Part shown: in pieces, positions 33,081-44,340 of the stretch
Position numbering within the stretch: the stretch's first letter is position 1
Layout: each line of letters opens with the position of its first letter
Source of the DNA: Acidimicrobiia bacterium
GTDB taxonomy: Bacteria > Actinomycetota > Acidimicrobiia > Spongiisociales > ZC4RG35
DNA length: 64,000 bases
Direction of reading: 5' to 3'
Assembly: GCA_965215185.1 (NCBI GenBank)
Contig: OZ244034.1
Location: forward strand, 1,600,001 to 1,664,000
Made by a program: the position numbers and the translations under genes
The notes under the pieces: model-generated
What the model saw: the letters and a program-made list of their open reading frames with translations, nothing else
The model's database searches: none
What the model was told of the DNA's origin: nothing

Positions 33081-33745
33081 AAGACAAACAATGCTGTCAT
33101 GGCATGGTCAGCATCCCAGTCGACCTTCTCGACGCTTACCAGGACATTCCCTTCGGCACCCCCGCCTGGAAACGGAGCTACGGCCGTCGTAACCCCAGCG
33201 AGAAAACCTTCTCCATGATCAAGGACAAAGGCGGCCTGAAAGCCGGATGGTGCCGGGCTTTCGGTCTCGCCGATCACACCATCGGCGTGTTGGCTCTAGC
33301 CATCGCTCACAACCTCAAACAAACCTTCAGGGTCGAAAGAACCCAAACCCAAAAGCCCACCGCTCCGGCCAGGCCCAAGAGTCACCAACCGACCCGCAGG
33401 AACATCAGCGCCGACAGCCTCTCCGCACGGGCACCGCCCGCATAGGCACACAGCCCGCACCCGGCGCCGACAGTAAACCCCTTACTGTCGGCTTTGCCGC
33501 GCCCGGAAAACCAATACCGGCACCCCCAAACCTCCCAACGCACCCAAGAACCCCCACAGCACGCCGACAGGCACAAGAAAGGCCCGAAAACAGGCAAAAA
33601 AAGGAGAAAAACGACCTAACTGGTCCACTTATTTCGAATAAATGGACCAGAGGTCGCAGTGGCCTATGGGCCACCAACCCTGGCCTGGGCCTCCGCAGGG
33701 CCTCCGCATAGGACTCCACATTCAAACGAGGGTGGCTCCACATTT
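33081..33745 (+). mobile_element. Array repeat + right end
   Basis: CCHG...YGRRNPSEK...CTCCACATTT. Confidence 0.9.
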
Positions 33746-33808
33746 GCCGGGCGATCTTCATAGGCAAGGCCCCCGAGCGGCTTGGGACATCCCATTAACA
33801 TGGGTTAC

Positions 33809-34075
33809 ATGGCATTGAGGCGAGACCGCAAGGTCGCCACCACTCATCCGCAGGCGGGGCTAGAGGAAGCCATTAGGGAGGAGCAGGATTTTCTTGATCG
33901 GCGCTATCCCGCCGATTGGGACTACTACGAAGAAGTGGTGGCGAAAAACCCGCCCAACGGTGAGGTGACAATACCGCACCGGATCACAGGAGACCCCGTG
34001 CGGATCGATTTGCTCACTGTCACACCAGACGAGATCATCGAACAGTGCGGATTCCCCGACCACCTGCAGGAGCAA
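33809..34075 (+). pseudogene. Truncated copy of 37280-37651 (putative antitoxin)
   Basis: Apparently identical inverted sequence up to HLQEQS. Confidence 0.75.
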
Positions 34076-34199
34076 TCCGGAAACGCCGAGAGGACATCCA
34101 AGTGTCCGTCCGGCTCCGCATCGAACAATCGGGGGCATCCTGACTCGCGAACGGCCAATATCTCCCCCATTAGACACCCGAACACCGCGGGACTTTTCT

Positions 34200-34685
34200 A
34201 AGGAACTTGCGACTTCTCCCTGGTATCCCGACCCGCCAACTTGTTGTGGTGCCGACCAACCGGCCGAATTGGTGGGCACATCTGATGAACCTGTCCAGAT
34301 ATTGTTTGGTCGGACCGTTGACAAGATTCCGCATCTTGTCAACCACTGGAAAGCGCATCGCATGCGCTACGAGTGACAGGCGTTAGGGCAGTTCGTGAAA
34401 GACTGGAACAGTCTCCCCCACTATCGAAATTGCATGCTGTCCAAGCCCATCCGGGGAGCCGTTGGAAACCCAAAGTTGGCGTATATAGCGGCCACCGTAC
34501 ACGCGTTGTGTCTACGAGACGAGTGGCCCGTGCCAAACTGGGTACACAAATTCGTGGCCGATGACTTGTTCATAGGACGATTCACAAGAGAACAGTGGGA
34601 AAGCAACACCCCCGACATCATTGCGCTGAAGAAGCATCTCCATCCAGTGGGACAAGCACACAACGTAGTGTTGGAGCAGTTCTGA
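34200..34685 (+). pseudogene. Degenerate partner of DUF6036-like nucleotidyltransferase
   Basis: AYIAATVHALC...PVPNW; internal TGA; ATGA-type coupling to next gene; 5' limit uncertain. Confidence 0.45.
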
Positions 34686-35030
34686 TGCGGATAACGCCAG
34701 AGCACCTCACCTCCAACCAGATGCTTTTCCTCTTGAAAGAACTGGACCGCTAACTGGTATTGATGTCCATCAGGAACACCGAGTCGGTCCTAGTCGGTGG
34801 CGCAGCCATGGCGGTCCGCCCATCGGATCGTGAGTCAGTGGACATCGACTCTATTTCTAGGCTTTCCACTGACTTGAAAACAGCCATCGCCAGCGTCGCC
34901 CGAAGACACCCGGGATTGTCGCCCGACTGGTTAAATGACCACGCGGCGGTGTTTCGCTTGCGGATGGACACGGAAGAAACCTTGTGGTACGAAGGCGAAC
35001 GCCTTCGGGTTAATATCGCAGACCCAAAAG
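34685..35030 (+). pseudogene. DUF6036/AbiEii-like nucleotidyltransferase pseudogene
   Basis: LVGGAAM..RESVDID, LSPDWLND; in-frame TAA at 34751; truncated. Confidence 0.7.
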
Positions 35031-35430
35031 GTCCACACCACCAGCAGCAGCATCCGCCACCACCCCAGCAGCCGCGGGAATCGACCGCGCCATCGCCAAA
35101 CCTAAGTCCAATCAGCCCTCTAGCGGGGGTCCGGGTCTCGAAGAGGCTGTGGCCTCTTGCTCGTCAGGGCACAGAGAGGGTAAAGATCCTTCACATCGGG
35201 ACAGAGCGCCCCCTCTGTTGCGTTCCTGCCGGACGCAACCTGTGAACCTACTGGCCGAGTAGGAGAATCGTTACACCGCCCCTCACTTAGTGCACCAAGC
35301 GTTACAGACCAGACAGAGAGCTGTTGACGTAACAGCCCTCCCATTTGAGGACCAACAGTAGGCAACCGCTATCCCGAAGAAAGTGCGGGGTGCTAATGTG
35401 TAGTGGTTAAGGGGCAAGAAGAACCAGCTA

Positions 35431-35799
35431 ATGGGCTTGTTACAAATCGGAGAGCATGAGAACGTGCCACTTGTAGTGGACCGCGAATATGGAATGATCC
35501 GTATCCCGGGAACCCGCCTGAAACTGCAAACGGTGATAGGCATGTATTACATGGGCTGCTCCAACCCCGAGGAGATGGCTCGAAGGTTCGACAGCCTGGA
35601 CGCGGAAACAGCGAAACGCATCTTAGATTGGTATCACACCCGACAAAAAGACGTAGATGCCTATATGGAATGGGTTGAGCTAAGAGCGGAAGCCGTCAGA
35701 GCCGAGCTAGAACCGCGTGTGGCCATGCACCGGGACCGTGCTCGGCGGAGAAGGCTAACCGGCAACCGTCACAGCAATGTTCGCACTGTTGGTGGATGA
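35431..35799 (+). CDS. DUF433 family antitoxin
   Basis: IRIPGTRLKLQTV...WYHTRQKDVDAY. Confidence 0.8.
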   Translation: MGLLQIGEHENVPLVVDREYGMIRIPGTRLKLQTVIGMYYMGCSNPEEMARRFDSLDAETAKRILDWYHTRQKDVDAYMEWVELRAEAVRAELEPRVAMHRDRARRRRLTGNRHSNVRTVGG

Positions 35800-35877
35800 G
35801 GACTTTGACAGAAACGTCTTAGCTGCCATCGAGAACGTGGCGCTGAGATACGACACCTCCATTCATACAGCCCGGGT
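35777..35877 (+). pseudogene. DUF5615 toxin N-terminus cut by array repeat
   Basis: LLVDEDFDRNVL. Confidence 0.65.
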
Positions 35878-35977
35878 ACCAGAGGTCGCGGTGGCCTGTC
35901 GGCCATCACCCTTGACCTGCGGCGCAGTAGGGGCTCCACATAGGACTCCACATTCAAACTGGGAAGGCTCCACATTT
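35878..35977 (+). repeat. Array repeat, terminal part only
   Basis: Triple CTCCACAT end. Confidence 0.9.
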
Positions 35978-36070
35978 GCTGGGCCGAAGCTCTGATAGCG
36001 GCGACTATATGATGTGTTAACCGGCATTGTCCGCACACTTACCGGCACACCGCCACTAGGACGGTTCCGG

Positions 36071-36373
36071 TTAGCGATACCGGGCATGAAACACGGAACG
36101 CTCTTCATGCGGCTCTCGGAAATCCCGGCGGAAACCGATTTGCAGCAAACGCCTACCAGAAACCTCCGCAACGGCCATGGTGGGGCGAACGATCCTTATC
36201 CCCCCACCGTACACCACATCCCATTTGGTTGGCCATCCCTTATAGGTGTCCGCTTCAGAGGGGTACAACGAAAGAAGGTACTCGATGTCCGATTTCAACA
36301 CGCGGTTCTTGAAAACGGGGCCACGATAGACGATTTTTGCCTCGTCTGAGGGCCAGTACATGTAGGGAGGCAC
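36071..36373 (-). CDS. Putative toxin (RelE/BrnT-like, VFHA C-terminus)
   Basis: AGGAGG RBS; three diverged paralogs; LQIG...VFHAR. Confidence 0.65.
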   Translation of the reverse strand: MPPYMYWPSDEAKIVYRGPVFKNRVLKSDIEYLLSLYPSEADTYKGWPTKWDVVYGGGIRIVRPTMAVAEVSGRRLLQIGFRRDFREPHEERSVFHARYR

Positions 36374-36391
36374 CAGATCCCCCTCCTGGTT

Positions 36392-36724
36392 TTAGTCCCC
36401 CAGCAGAGGAACGGTTCGTTCTGGTCCGTCGTAATGCTCAAGGAAGTGCTCAGCGAAAGCGCGATATCGCAATCGTCGTTGCTCTCTCTGTTCCTCGGGC
36501 ACAGCGCACTCTCTCATGATGTCATCCAAGGTGACCGTTAGGATGTCGAACCACACGAATCTGTCTTCGGTGCAGTGGCCAGTAGCAAACAGCGTGTCCC
36601 CTGGAGTGAAAGCTCCGTTTTCTGTTATGTAATCGGAGTACTCTTCCATCCCCCTGTCGATTTCTTCCTCAGATATGTCGTGGCTTAGATCCACGGTGGA
36701 GGTGTCTAACGCGGGGCTATTCAT
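36392..36724 (-). CDS. Acidic putative antitoxin (unnamed family)
   Basis: TATGCT 7 nt upstream; DILTVTLDDIMREC.P...VPLL. Confidence 0.65.
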   Translation of the reverse strand: MNSPALDTSTVDLSHDISEEEIDRGMEEYSDYITENGAFTPGDTLFATGHCTEDRFVWFDILTVTLDDIMRECAVPEEQREQRRLRYRAFAEHFLEHYDGPERTVPLLGD

Positions 36725-36823
36725 AGCGCACAGCATAACGCTCTCAACGGCCAACGGCATTCCACATTCAGGTACCGATCTGCTCTGTTTCAGCGACGGT
36801 AGGCGGCCGAACAGCCCCTAGCC

Positions 36824-37133
36824 CAACCGGCCGCTGTGGCGGTGGACACGAAACCGCAAACTCGACAACGGCGGCGGCCAGTTCTCCTGTTCCCAGTGCG
36901 CCGGGAGGGTCACCACCAACGCCAAAACCCGCAACACCAGCGTCGTGCCAGCTGACACCGCTCCGTTCCTGCCCATCGAAGACGAACAATGCTGCCATGG
37001 CAAGGTCAGCGTCCCGGTCGACCTGCTCGATGCCTACCAAGACATCCCCTTCGGCACTCCCGCACACGACAAAAGCTACGGACGTCGCAACCCCGTCGAG
37101 AAAACCTTTTCCATGATCAAGGACAAAGGCGGC
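36824..37133 (+). mobile_element. Array repeat, internal fragment
   Basis: CSQCAGRV...YGRRNPVEKTFSMIK. Confidence 0.85.
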
Positions 37134-37253
37134 CGCCCTCCTTACCCCATGCTTGGATGCTGAACGAGCAAAGAGGACGATGACATCCTCGACGCCTGGC
37201 CAGAAGAGGCCTTGGTAATACTCTAAGGGTTCTGGGTGCGCCCAACAGGGCAT
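37134..37253 (-). pseudogene. Truncated 'LFWP' family toxin
   Basis: MPCWAHPEPLEYYQGLFWP...SASKHGV. Confidence 0.65.
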
Positions 37254-37279
37254 GGATGATCGCTGATTCCTATTGACAC

Positions 37280-37651
37280 CTAAGGGCTATCTTCTTCATC
37301 CAAAAGGGGGATGGAATCGGGAAGAAGTCGCTGGTCCCAATAGGGCAATCGTGCTTTTAGAAACAAGCGGTATGGTTCGAGGGATTGCTCCTGCAGGTGG
37401 TCGGGGAATCCGCACTGTTCGATGATCTCGTCTGGTGTGACAGTGAGCAAATCGATCCGCACGGGGTCTCCTGTGATCCGGTGCGGTATTGTCACCTCAC
37501 CGTTGGGCGGGTTTTTCGCCACCACTTCTTCGTAGTAGTCCCAATCGGCGGGATAGCGCCGATCAAGAAAATCCTGCTCCTCCCTAATGGCTTCCTCTAG
37601 CCCCGCCTGCGGATGAGTGGTGGCGACCTTGCGGTCTCGCCTCAATGCCAT
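37280..37651 (-). CDS. Acidic putative antitoxin (unnamed family)
   Basis: YPADWDYY...DLLTVTPDEIIEQCGFP...IPLLDE; homolog of 51385. Confidence 0.7.
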   Translation of the reverse strand: MALRRDRKVATTHPQAGLEEAIREEQDFLDRRYPADWDYYEEVVAKNPPNGEVTIPHRITGDPVRIDLLTVTPDEIIEQCGFPDHLQEQSLEPYRLFLKARLPYWDQRLLPDSIPLLDEEDSP

Positions 37652-37714
37652 GTAACCCATGTTAATGGGATGTCCCAAGCCGCTCGGGGGCCTTGCCTAT
37701 GAAGATCGCCCGGC

Positions 37715-37738
37715 AAATGTGGAGCCCTCCCGGGTTGA
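37715..37738 (-). repeat. Inverted terminal 24 bp of the array repeat
   Basis: AAATGTGGAGCCCTCCCGGGTTGA. Confidence 0.75.
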
Positions 37739-37824
37739 TCAGGGCATCCGATTTCAGCGCCAAGCGGTAGGCATCCGTATGTGTCGTTGACTTGGGCTTT
37801 GGCCGGATCGGGAATTTGGAACGG

Positions 37825-38352
37825 TCAATACCTCACCGATGGCCATTCCTCCCTCAACTCCCAAGAAAGGCTGTCTTTGCTAGTTCTCCCAACAAAAACG
37901 GCCATGATGCGATCCTGCCCTGTAGAGGAAAAGGAAACAACCGCCTGCAACCCTGACAGATACGCTTCTCTGCCTATGGCCCGGCATATTCGATGGTCGT
38001 CCGATGTCAGGTCCTGTTGGGACACTCCCACCGATTCCATGCTTGCTGGGATAGTGAGATCCAATACTCTTTCCAGGTCAACGCCGTAATTGTAGAGATT
38101 CTTGCGGGGCACCACTACGGGCACGGAATGGTTATGGGCAAGCCAAAGTGCCCTGTCGACCTGTTTGTCGTACTCAGCGACAGCGCAGGCCCTGGTTGTG
38201 CAGAGATACACAGTAAAGACTCCCTTGGGATTGAACCTGCCTCCATTCCACCAAGCACCCACCCCGCTGGACGGATCGTGCTCTGGGCTGCAATGCCTCC
38301 ACGCCACACCCCTATAGGATGTTGTTGGCAAGTCGGACAGCAAGAACCTCAA
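37825..38352 (-). CDS. RES-domain toxin
   Basis: WRH, GGRFNPKG, VYL, AEY, VLDLT, SFSS. Confidence 0.85.
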   Translation of the reverse strand: MRFLLSDLPTTSYRGVAWRHCSPEHDPSSGVGAWWNGGRFNPKGVFTVYLCTTRACAVAEYDKQVDRALWLAHNHSVPVVVPRKNLYNYGVDLERVLDLTIPASMESVGVSQQDLTSDDHRICRAIGREAYLSGLQAVVSFSSTGQDRIMAVFVGRTSKDSLSWELREEWPSVRY

Positions 38353-38649
38353 CTACGCTGGGAGAAAATCGGCTTCCACAGCCAAGAAGCCATGGGCACC
38401 GCGATAGTCGCCCTCCCTGAGATAATCCATCAATGTACCTCGGTTGCCTCTCTGGATACCCGGCTGCCAGGGGACATACCTCTCGACAGGATGGTACATC
38501 CGCACGACCTTTTCGATGACCGTCCTGATGTCGTCGAAGTCCTGCTGAGAAACCTCTTCCGGGCAACGCACCTCGGAAAGTCCCCTTTCCAGCATGTCCC
38601 CCACCAATGCGTCCAAGCTCGTGGTTCCCTCAGGTTGAGGCAGTGTCAT
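38353..38649 (-). CDS. Putative RES antitoxin
   Basis: MYHPVERYVPWQP...DFLPA. Confidence 0.7.
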   Translation of the reverse strand: MTLPQPEGTTSLDALVGDMLERGLSEVRCPEEVSQQDFDDIRTVIEKVVRMYHPVERYVPWQPGIQRGNRGTLMDYLREGDYRGAHGFLAVEADFLPA

Positions 38650-38807
38650 ACCGTCGGATAATAACACCACCGTTCTGGACCAGGCACAGAGGTTGCCCTG
38701 CATCACTGGGGGAACGGCACCTACCAAATCGGCCCACCGGCGCTCATTGCAAAGCATCTCCCTTGCTCCTTTTCCGCTCTAGCCACTCCACCCCCTCCGA
38801 AGGAGCC

Positions 38808-39330
38808 ACCAAGTGGCATGCGAACCGGGCGCTGTGGCGGTGGGCACGAAACCGCAAACTCGACGACGGCGGCGGCCAGTTCTCCTGCTCCCAGTGCGCC
38901 GGGAGGGTCACCACCAACGCCAAAACCCGCAACCCTGACACGGTTCCCAACAAGACCGCTCCGTTCCTGCCCCAAAAACTTCGAACCGACCCGCCGCAAC
39001 ATCCTCGCCGACAGCCTCACCGCACGGGCACCGCCCGACTAGGCACACAGCCCGTACCCGGCACCGACAGTAACCCTTACTGTCGGCTTTAGCGCGCCCG
39101 AAAAACCCAAACCGGCCACCCAAACCTCCCAACGCACCCAGAACCCATCACAGCACGCCGACACAGGCACAAGAAATGCCCGAAAACAGGCACAAAAGGA
39201 AGAAAAACGACCTAACTGGGCCCACTTATTTGAGATAAATGGACCAGAGACCTTGGTGGCCTGTGTGCCACCACCCCTGACCTGGGACTCCGCAGGGGCT
39301 CCACATTCAAACCGGGAAGGCTCCACATTT
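38808..39330 (+). mobile_element. Array repeat (internally deleted) + right end
   Basis: WRWARNRKLD...RAPPD*...CTCCACATTT. Confidence 0.9.
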
Positions 39331-39433
39331 GCTGGCCGATGCTCTGATGCAGAGGGCACCCATGGTGCGGGTGGAGGCCATTGCCTGCAATTTGGGACCC
39401 TCCCGCTCCTGGGAGGGTACTTATCATGAGGCT

Positions 39434-39784
39434 ATGAGGCAGACCGTGCCCGCAGGTGCTTTGCAGGAGTCCAAGGTTGACCCCGACGAGATCCGCGACC
39501 GGTTCCGGCACTTGTTCGATGTGTGGGACAAAGACACTTTCATTTTTTCTTTTCCCTACCAGATATTCAACCATTGGGCATACGAAGAACTCGTGAGCCT
39601 CGGCGAACCAGCCGTTCCTTACATGCTGGGAGAATTGCAGAGGGGCTACCCGGATATTGTGAGGGCGTTGCGCACCATTTCTGGGGAATCTCTCGTCCAA
39701 GGCCTGGGGTTGACCACAGAAGAGGTTATGGAGAGATGGCTGGCCTGGGGGGTAGAGAAAGGGCATGTCCCTACCGTCGCGTGA
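39434..39784 (+). CDS. Hypothetical helical protein, paralog of 54790
   Basis: HWAYEELVSLGEPAVPYML; TATCAT 6 nt upstream. Confidence 0.7.
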   Translation: MRQTVPAGALQESKVDPDEIRDRFRHLFDVWDKDTFIFSFPYQIFNHWAYEELVSLGEPAVPYMLGELQRGYPDIVRALRTISGESLVQGLGLTTEEVMERWLAWGVEKGHVPTVA

Positions 39785-39925
39785 TGACGCGATAGAAACA
39801 CTGTTTCCCGAGTTCGCTTCTGGCTACTCGTGGATAGCAAGCCCACCTGACGACAGATGCAACTGCATGGCCTTTGCTGTGGGAGACACGGACAAAAGAT
39901 GATCGCCAATAAAGGACGGTAACGA
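39765..39925 (+). pseudogene. Decayed copy of 55121-55585
   Basis: MSLPSRDDAIETLFPEF start, then frameshift and truncation. Confidence 0.7.
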
Positions 39926-40020
39926 AGAGCGGCACCGGATCATCCAGCGGAGTCACTCGGATATTCGTACCCGATCGAAAAAGGAACCGGTTGAACTGTG
40001 AGGATTCTCCTAGGCGTTGT

Positions 40021-41094
40021 TTACCAGGGAGCGCCCCACCCGTGCGGCGGTGTCCCATCGGGATATAGCCAGTAGCGGTCAGACATTCTATCGTAAATGG
40101 ACGCAACCGTTCGGCGCACTCTGTTGATGCCTGTTCTAAGGTCTTCGGTGTTGGGTATCTCGCTCTTGGAAACCCGGCCTTCGACTATCGCCACGGCCGC
40201 TTCTGATATTGTGACCACAGCCTCTGTATATGTGACTGTGTTCTCCACCAATACAGATGCCAGGTTTGCTGTCTGATCGGCCACGGTGGCGGAGGCTCTG
40301 CCCAACTCCGCGGTGCTGTCCTCGCTTCGAGCCAGGTCTGCTCGGTGCGATGCCCCTGCTCTCCACTCTTCCACCCACTTCAGGTCAATGCCCTCGAGCC
40401 AGGAATCCAGATCGTCGAGTCCGTAGCGTTTCAGGTCGTCGTAGAGCGGCAGCAGGTCATGGGAGGTGACGCTGTACGGAGCCCCGATCAGGTGGCACAG
40501 CACAACGAAAGACTGTTCCACCGCCATGTGTAGATGAGAGTTGATGGTTCCCAGCCTGGCCCAGACCGCACTCCAGTATTCTTCTTGCTCCTGGTCGCGG
40601 GCAATTTTGATCTCCTCGCTGTCGGGAGTCATGTCGCGAAGGGCCGCATACAAGTCGGTGTATGTGTTGTTGAGAGAAGCCGCTACAGCGGCGGATCTTA
40701 TCCGTTGCGGGACCATCTTCTTATTCCAGTTGACGCCGGGTCCGGGTGGTTGATGCTTCAGCCATATACCCTCTCGGGAGGCGCTACTCTCCAATGTGGA
40801 GGGCCACTTTTTCCATGATAGCCATCCGGGCCAGTCCGTCAGCACGACTTCTACTTTCCACCCGCATGCTCGCCTGCCCCGTTTCAACAGCGCCAATTCC
40901 ATGCCGGCTCTTTCGGATGTTTCCACGTCGTCTACTACGCACATCAGGTCGATATCCGACCAAGGCCCAGCTTCGCCGCGTGCCACGGAACCGAACAACA
41001 TCACGCTCCCCGGGAGCACCTCGGCCGCCCGGCGGGCATCGTGGATCGTCGGGACGGGTCCGTCGCGGGCAGGGGCCTCAGTCATGATCTCCAT
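40021..41094 (-). CDS. MNT-HEPN fusion protein
   Basis: LFGSVARGEAGPWSDIDL; HMAVEQ...SHDL..L HEPN-like pattern. Confidence 0.75.
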   Translation of the reverse strand: MEIMTEAPARDGPVPTIHDARRAAEVLPGSVMLFGSVARGEAGPWSDIDLMCVVDDVETSERAGMELALLKRGRRACGWKVEVVLTDWPGWLSWKKWPSTLESSASREGIWLKHQPPGPGVNWNKKMVPQRIRSAAVAASLNNTYTDLYAALRDMTPDSEEIKIARDQEQEEYWSAVWARLGTINSHLHMAVEQSFVVLCHLIGAPYSVTSHDLLPLYDDLKRYGLDDLDSWLEGIDLKWVEEWRAGASHRADLARSEDSTAELGRASATVADQTANLASVLVENTVTYTEAVVTISEAAVAIVEGRVSKSEIPNTEDLRTGINRVRRTVASIYDRMSDRYWLYPDGTPPHGWGAPW

Positions 41095-41188
41095 AGCCTA
41101 GATGTACTTCCTAGGGATGAGGTTGACGGTCTGGGTGCCTGGTTGTTGAGCGTCAACTACGGGCAGGGATTCACTTTCAGGGGAAAAG

Positions 41189-41740
41189 CCCCAGCGAGAA
41201 AACCATCTCCATGATCAAGGACAAAGGCGCACTCAAAGCCGGATGGTGCCGCTCTTTCGGTCTCGCCGCACACACCATCGGCGTGCTGACACTAGCTATT
41301 GCTCACAACGTCAAACAAACCCTCAGGATCGAGAGAACCAAAACAGAAAAGCCCACTTCTTCGGCCAGGCCGGAGAATTTCGAGCCTACCCGCAGGAAGG
41401 TCAGCGGCGACAGCCTCACCCCCAGGGCACCGCCCGACTAAGACACACCGCCTCCACCCGGTGCCGACAGTAAACCCTTACTGTCGGCTTCAGCGCGCCC
41501 GAAATGCCTTAACCGGCACCCCCAAACCTCCCAACCCACACAGAACCCCTCACAGCACGCCGACAGACACAAGAAATGCCCGAAAACAGGCACAAAAGGA
41601 AGAAAAACGACCTAACTGGCCCACTTATTTGAGATAAATGAACCAGACATCCTGGTGGCCTGTGGTCCACCACTCCTGACCTGGCCTCGGCAGGGGTTCC
41701 ACATAGGACTCCACATTCAAACTGGGAGGGCTCCACATTT
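41189..41740 (+). mobile_element. Array repeat + right end
   Basis: MIKDKG...PPD*...CTCCACATTT. Confidence 0.9.
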
Positions 41741-41831
41741 GCTGGCCGAAGCTCTGATAGCAGCGGCTATGTGGTGTGATAACAGGCATTATTCGCACAC
41801 TTGCCGGCCACCGCCCCTAGGACGGTTCCGG

Positions 41832-42134
41832 TTAGAGATGCCGGGCATGAAACACGGAACACTCTTCGTACGGTTTTCGGAGATACTCACGGAAACCGAT
41901 TTCCAGCAAGCGTCCGCCAGAAACCTCCGCAACGGCCATGGTGGATCGAACGACCCTTTTCCCCCCACCGTACACCTCATCCCATTCGGACGGCGTTCCC
42001 TTATGGGTGTGCGCTTCAAAGAAATACAACGCAAGAACATCCAAGATGTCCGCTTTCAACACGCGGTTGTCGAAAGCGGAGCAACGATAGACGATTTTTG
42101 CCTCGTCTGAGGGCCAGTACATGTAGGGAGGCAC
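41832..42134 (-). CDS. Putative toxin, paralog of 36071
   Basis: MPPYMYWPSDEAKIVY...VFHAR. Confidence 0.65.
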   Translation of the reverse strand: MPPYMYWPSDEAKIVYRCSAFDNRVLKADILDVLALYFFEAHTHKGTPSEWDEVYGGGKRVVRSTMAVAEVSGGRLLEIGFREYLRKPYEECSVFHARHL

Positions 42135-42152
42135 CAGATCCCCCTCCTGGTT

Positions 42153-42485
42153 TTAGTATTCCAGCAGAGGAACCGTTCGTTCCGGTCCGTCGTAGTATTG
42201 AAGGAAGTGCTTAGCGAAGGCGCGCGATCGCGATCGTTGTTTTTCTCTCTGATCCTCTGGTGCCGCGCACTCTCTCATGATGTCATCCGAGGTGACCGTT
42301 AGGATATCAAACCACACGAATCTGTCTTCGGTGTAGTGTCCAATAGCGAACATCGTGTCCCCTGGAGCGAAAGCTCCGTTTTCTGTTATGTAAGCGGAGT
42401 AATCTGCCAGCCCCCTGTCGATTTCTTCCTCAGATATGTCGTGGCTTAGATCCACGGTGGAGGTGTCCGACGCGGGGTTGGTCAT
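42153..42485 (-). CDS. Putative antitoxin, paralog of 36392
   Basis: DILTVTSDDIMREC. Confidence 0.65.
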   Translation of the reverse strand: MTNPASDTSTVDLSHDISEEEIDRGLADYSAYITENGAFAPGDTMFAIGHYTEDRFVWFDILTVTSDDIMRECAAPEDQREKQRSRSRAFAKHFLQYYDGPERTVPLLEY

Positions 42486-42716
42486 AGCGCACAGCATAAC
42501 GCTCTCAACGGCCAACGGTCAGCGTGTGGTCGGAAAACCAACCGGGAAGAATGCATGTTGGACGAACTGGACCGGATATTGGGTATATGTTTGGAAAACG
42601 ACAACGGGCGATTCTATACTGTGCTTATCAATGCGGAATGTGTTGTCCAAGGTCGATGCAAGAGTGATCATTGCGAGACACAGCCCGCACGTTTAGTGTG
42701 TTCGGAGGACTTTCCC

Positions 42717-43424
42717 ATGGTTAGACGAATCGCCCGCATCGCAACCGTTGCAATCGCCGCCTCATTGTTGCTGTCAGGCCCAGTCTTGGCGCACCCTCTC
42801 GGTGCAGACGTCCCGGACCATGCTCATGACGGCCAAAAGGTGCACTGCGACGACGACCCGGACGACCAATACGACTCGATCGGTCAGTACGACCATTGCG
42901 TAGAACTGGCACGCAGCGCCAGTCAGACACTGACCGTGTATTTGAATACTCACCAGTACCTGAACCGGATCAGCCGCATCGCCCGGATAGACGAACATGG
43001 CAACCCGATCGCCTCTCCCGTCTGCGTGAACAACAACGGCCTTCAAGTGGCGACAGTCCAAAGCCTGGGTCGCATAAACGGCACGAATTGGACCCACACG
43101 TTCCGCAACAGCAACAGCGGCACCGAATACCGGCGGGTCGTTCACTACGTCGAAATAACGGTCATCACCCCCGACGAATGCGCAGGGTCGTTCTGGTTCA
43201 CAGTAGCGGTCGTAGAAGCCCCCCGTTCGTCTTACACCCCGAGTCCCGCTTTGACACCGCACAACCCGGATGTTCCCACCAAGGAAACCCCGCACAACCA
43301 GTTCGACGATGACGGATGGGCGATCGGTTCCGGCGGCAAGCTGTTCGAAAAACGAGCAGGCGGCGTTTGTTACGAGTACTACCCGAACGAACCGACACGG
43401 ATACCTAGACGGTTCTCCTGCTGA
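42717..43424 (+). CDS. Secreted hypothetical protein
   Basis: GGAGGA RBS; signal peptide MVRRIARIATVAIAASLLLSGPVLA. Confidence 0.7.
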   Translation: MVRRIARIATVAIAASLLLSGPVLAHPLGADVPDHAHDGQKVHCDDDPDDQYDSIGQYDHCVELARSASQTLTVYLNTHQYLNRISRIARIDEHGNPIASPVCVNNNGLQVATVQSLGRINGTNWTHTFRNSNSGTEYRRVVHYVEITVITPDECAGSFWFTVAVVEAPRSSYTPSPALTPHNPDVPTKETPHNQFDDDGWAIGSGGKLFEKRAGGVCYEYYPNEPTRIPRRFSC

Positions 43425-43996
43425 AACCACGGGTGCATACCCAACGGGTTCAAGCTAGTCGCCCGCCTCCCCTATCCCCTACTGGAACATACGGTGTTAA
43501 TGTCCCATAGTGGGGCTGACTTTAGGTTTAATCCTGACGGGCGGTTGACCATGTTGCGTTCCGACCTGGCAACCCGGTGTCGCCTCGGAGCGGGCGACAA
43601 GCACCTGGGACGCGCCAAGCGTAAACGCTCTCTGACCTGCGGCTCAGCAGGGGGTCCTGAGGTCGCTCCACATTCGGAAGTCTTTCGCCTTACCCGAAGC
43701 CCGAGACAAATCCTGAGAAGCCGGGCCGTCCAACCAGACGTTGGAGGTGTCATCAGTCCGCCCACCCAATACGTCGGTGCCCCGTCAACCGCCATGGAAG
43801 AGACGCTGTATCCGCATCTCGTGTCAATGTGAATCGCCACTCACTATCCAAATATCCCCTCCAACCCCTTTGTCCGATTGCGGATACCCTTCCCCACTCG
43901 TTGGTTAGCCGCGGCCCTAGGGCATACAGTGTTTTCGGTATAATGGTATTCGGATGATGACTGGATCGGGGGGAATCTACTCGGCTTCCACTATCT

Positions 43997-44057
43997 GGTA
44001 GAGGGTCACTTTGCTGGGCAAAACCGCAGGTCAGAGAGCCAAACTGACCCACTACCC
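43997..44057. repeat. 62-bp palindromic element, copy 2
   Basis: GGTAGAGGGTCACTTTG...CAAACTGACCCACTACCC. Confidence 0.85.
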
Positions 44058-44340
44058 ATTGGCTCCCTCGTTCTGGATCATATTCTTCGTCTGGGCTACC
44101 TTTTTTATCGACACTATTTTAGTTGCCGTTTTAACTGCTAGCTCTCCCATACTATTCGTTATGTTCCGCCAGAGGCACGACAAACAACGCAACGCGCGGC
44201 GGTACAAATCTGTAATACTAAAAGATTGGGCAATGTTGTGCGTTGCGTTGGCCAGTATCAGCCTTGTTACCTTATCACAAACTGGCGCCCTATTGATTGA
44301 AGGTAGTTGGTGGCGAATCCCTGTAGGGTTGCTGTTAACT

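Noticed and set aside
34360-34400. In-frame TGA (also near 3287) as recoding
   Set aside because: At 3287 the paralog has TGG; both lie in decayed genes with no Cys-motif context.
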